Part shown: positions 62,264-64,000 of the stretch, one piece after another
Numbering within the stretch: position 1 is the stretch's first letter
Layout: the number at the start of each line of letters is the position of its first letter
Source of the DNA: Paramoeba atlantica
Lineage: Eukaryota; Protista; Discosea
Direction of reading: 5' to 3'
Length of the DNA stretch: 64,000 bases
Assembly: GCA_977017575.1 (NCBI GenBank)
Contig: CDRNVI010000156.1
Coordinates: forward strand, 124,001 to 188,000
Translations under genes and position numbers: made by a program
Notes under the pieces: generated by a model
Told to the model about the DNA's origin: nothing
Seen by the model: only the letters and a program-made list of their open reading frames with translations
The model's database searches: none

Positions 62264-63913
62264 TCACAAACACACAGTCTTGAGTCCATCTCGGACTGTG
62301 TGTCCCAGACTGCCAATTCTATTTTTTCACATAATTTTCTTCTGGTGATTTACATTTCTTCATAAGAAATATCAAGGTCTGAGTCGTCCAGAGAGATAGA
62401 ACTACCACAATCCTCTGCCATTCGATCAAAAGCTGTGTCTCGATAATGTGTCAGAATCATCCTTGATCGAGATTTTTTGGGCAGTCTAAATTTGATTAAA
62501 TATGAGGAAACTTGTTCGTTTTGATTCAAAAATCACAACAAACCTCCATTGAAAGAAAACCATGAGACCAATCGGTAACATTTCGCAGAAGGTATAAAAA
62601 ATTACATAGTAATGCCACCTCACGTAATCAACAAAAGTCGAAGTCGCAGTCAACCCACTCTCGCCACGACCAAAGTCAATCTTCAAAAAAAAAAATAAGT
62701 AAAAAATCTTCAAAGATATTATTTTTTGAAGTCACAAACTTGAATTAAGAGAAGGATCGCTCTTGCCAACATCATAAACGTTACAATTGTTGCCATCAAA
62801 CTTAACTAATGAAAAATGGGTGAACAAAAATAATAATAAAATTCACAAACGAAAAATCAGACTTTCTTTGATTTTTCATGAAGAGGTTTGTCGAGAACTA
62901 ACAGAATTGGACTTTGGGTATCTGCCGAAGGGATTGATCTTGTCATCTTGTGGAGAAAGAAACCAACCAAAAAAAATGCAATCCCCTCGAAGACCTGGAG
63001 AAAAGGGAAAATGAATTTTCCTTTAAATTGATTTTTGAAAAAAAAAAAAACCAACCATTATCAATCCTAAGATGAGGAAGAAAGAGGAGTGATATTGAGG
63101 GTACTGAAATCAAAAAATCATCAGACAAAAGAGAAGGGGATGTGAAGACAGAGAATGAATCTTACGCTTGAAGTTTGATAGATAAAGAAGGCGCATAAAA
63201 ACAAATTGAGGTTAATTAAGACTAATGACCCAATCTGCAAAAAGGTGAGAAAAAACGAGTCGACTCGAAAAAAAAATGATTACAAAGAGACAACAATCTT
63301 CAAGATAAAAAGTCACTTCAGAAGCAAATTTAGAATTATCATTTCCGGTCTTCATGTGACTAGAAGAAAAAGTGAGTTGGGAGGCCTCTGTTGAGAGGGG
63401 AGAAGAGAACAGAAAACAAAACTAGTAAAAGGAAGCCCAGAAAACAAGAATAATTCCATATACTTGTGCAAACAAAATTGAACAAGTTTGTGAGATTGCT
63501 TGATTTGCATATCGAACGACTGACAAGGTAATCAGGTGTCACAATTTGAACTGAAAAAAAAAAATTCAGAAATGAAGAGGAGAACCTCGAGTGACATTAT
63601 CTGTATCCCAAAAGACGATGTAGAGCGTGACTTGAAGTAAACGAAGAAGACAGATAATCAAGGCAAACTACCGAAAAAGTAAGTGAGCCTCTCACTTTAC
63701 TTTGACTCAAAAAAAAAGGAAGAAAATCCAACAAACCAGAAAAAAAGATCTTTGGTAAGTGTTCTTTTTTCTTCTTGTCATGGCTTCATAAAATTGATAA
63801 GAGCACACAATCGAAAGAAAAAAATACATAACATCGATATAAATGAAGGAGTATGTCCAAGCAGGACCCCAGTAACAACAAGAGGGATCCCCTTTTGACT
63901 CGGGGTCCGTCAT
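62264..63913 (-). CDS. Multi-pass (7TM) membrane protein, TOM1/THH1/GPR137-like
   Basis: Several hydrophobic helices (YIDVMYFFLSIVCSYQFY; WNYSCFLGFLLLVLF; YYVIFYTFCEMLPIGLMVFF), the last resembling the Y...E..P..L..F helix of this family. Confidence 0.55.
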
Positions 63914-64000
63914 TGTACTTTGCCTTCTTCTTTTTTGCCGAAAGCCTTCTTCTCACTTTGCCAAACCGCAGAAACAAAAAAACAAAAAAAAATTGTCGAT

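Overview
AT-rich, intron-dense, gene-compact eukaryotic (protist) DNA using the standard genetic code. A Frizzled/Smoothened-like 7TM gene and a mitochondrial CPT2 suggest an aerobic amoebozoan-type organism (inference only). Gene models were spliced by eye, so spans are approximate. In order: 3' end of a RasGEF; three tandem small SPRY-like genes; a ~19-repeat ankyrin gene; a ~43 kb cluster (9.25-52.3 kb) of ten kexin/furin-like (S8B) paralogues, interrupted by a Frizzled/Smoothened-like GPCR, a small secreted Cys-rich protein and a two-domain GNAT-like gene; a PTPMT1-like phosphatase; CPT2; five intron-containing tRNA-Trp(CCA) genes plus one pseudo-tRNA, with a 117-bp MITE in one spacer; a secreted EGF/beta-sandwich repeat protein; CSN6; and a TOM1/THH1-like 7TM gene. 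Main discovery candidate: none of the ten kexin-like paralogues has an intact Asp-His-Ser triad or a normal prodomain or TM anchor. All keep the oxyanion Asn and S1/Ca-site acidic motifs, nine carry a PA-like domain nested in the P-domain, and all end in Pro-Thr linkers bearing 1-4 copies of a 6-Cys 'CCVY' module I do not recognise (30 modules in total). This looks like an expanded family of secreted pseudoproteases repurposed as binding or coat proteins.
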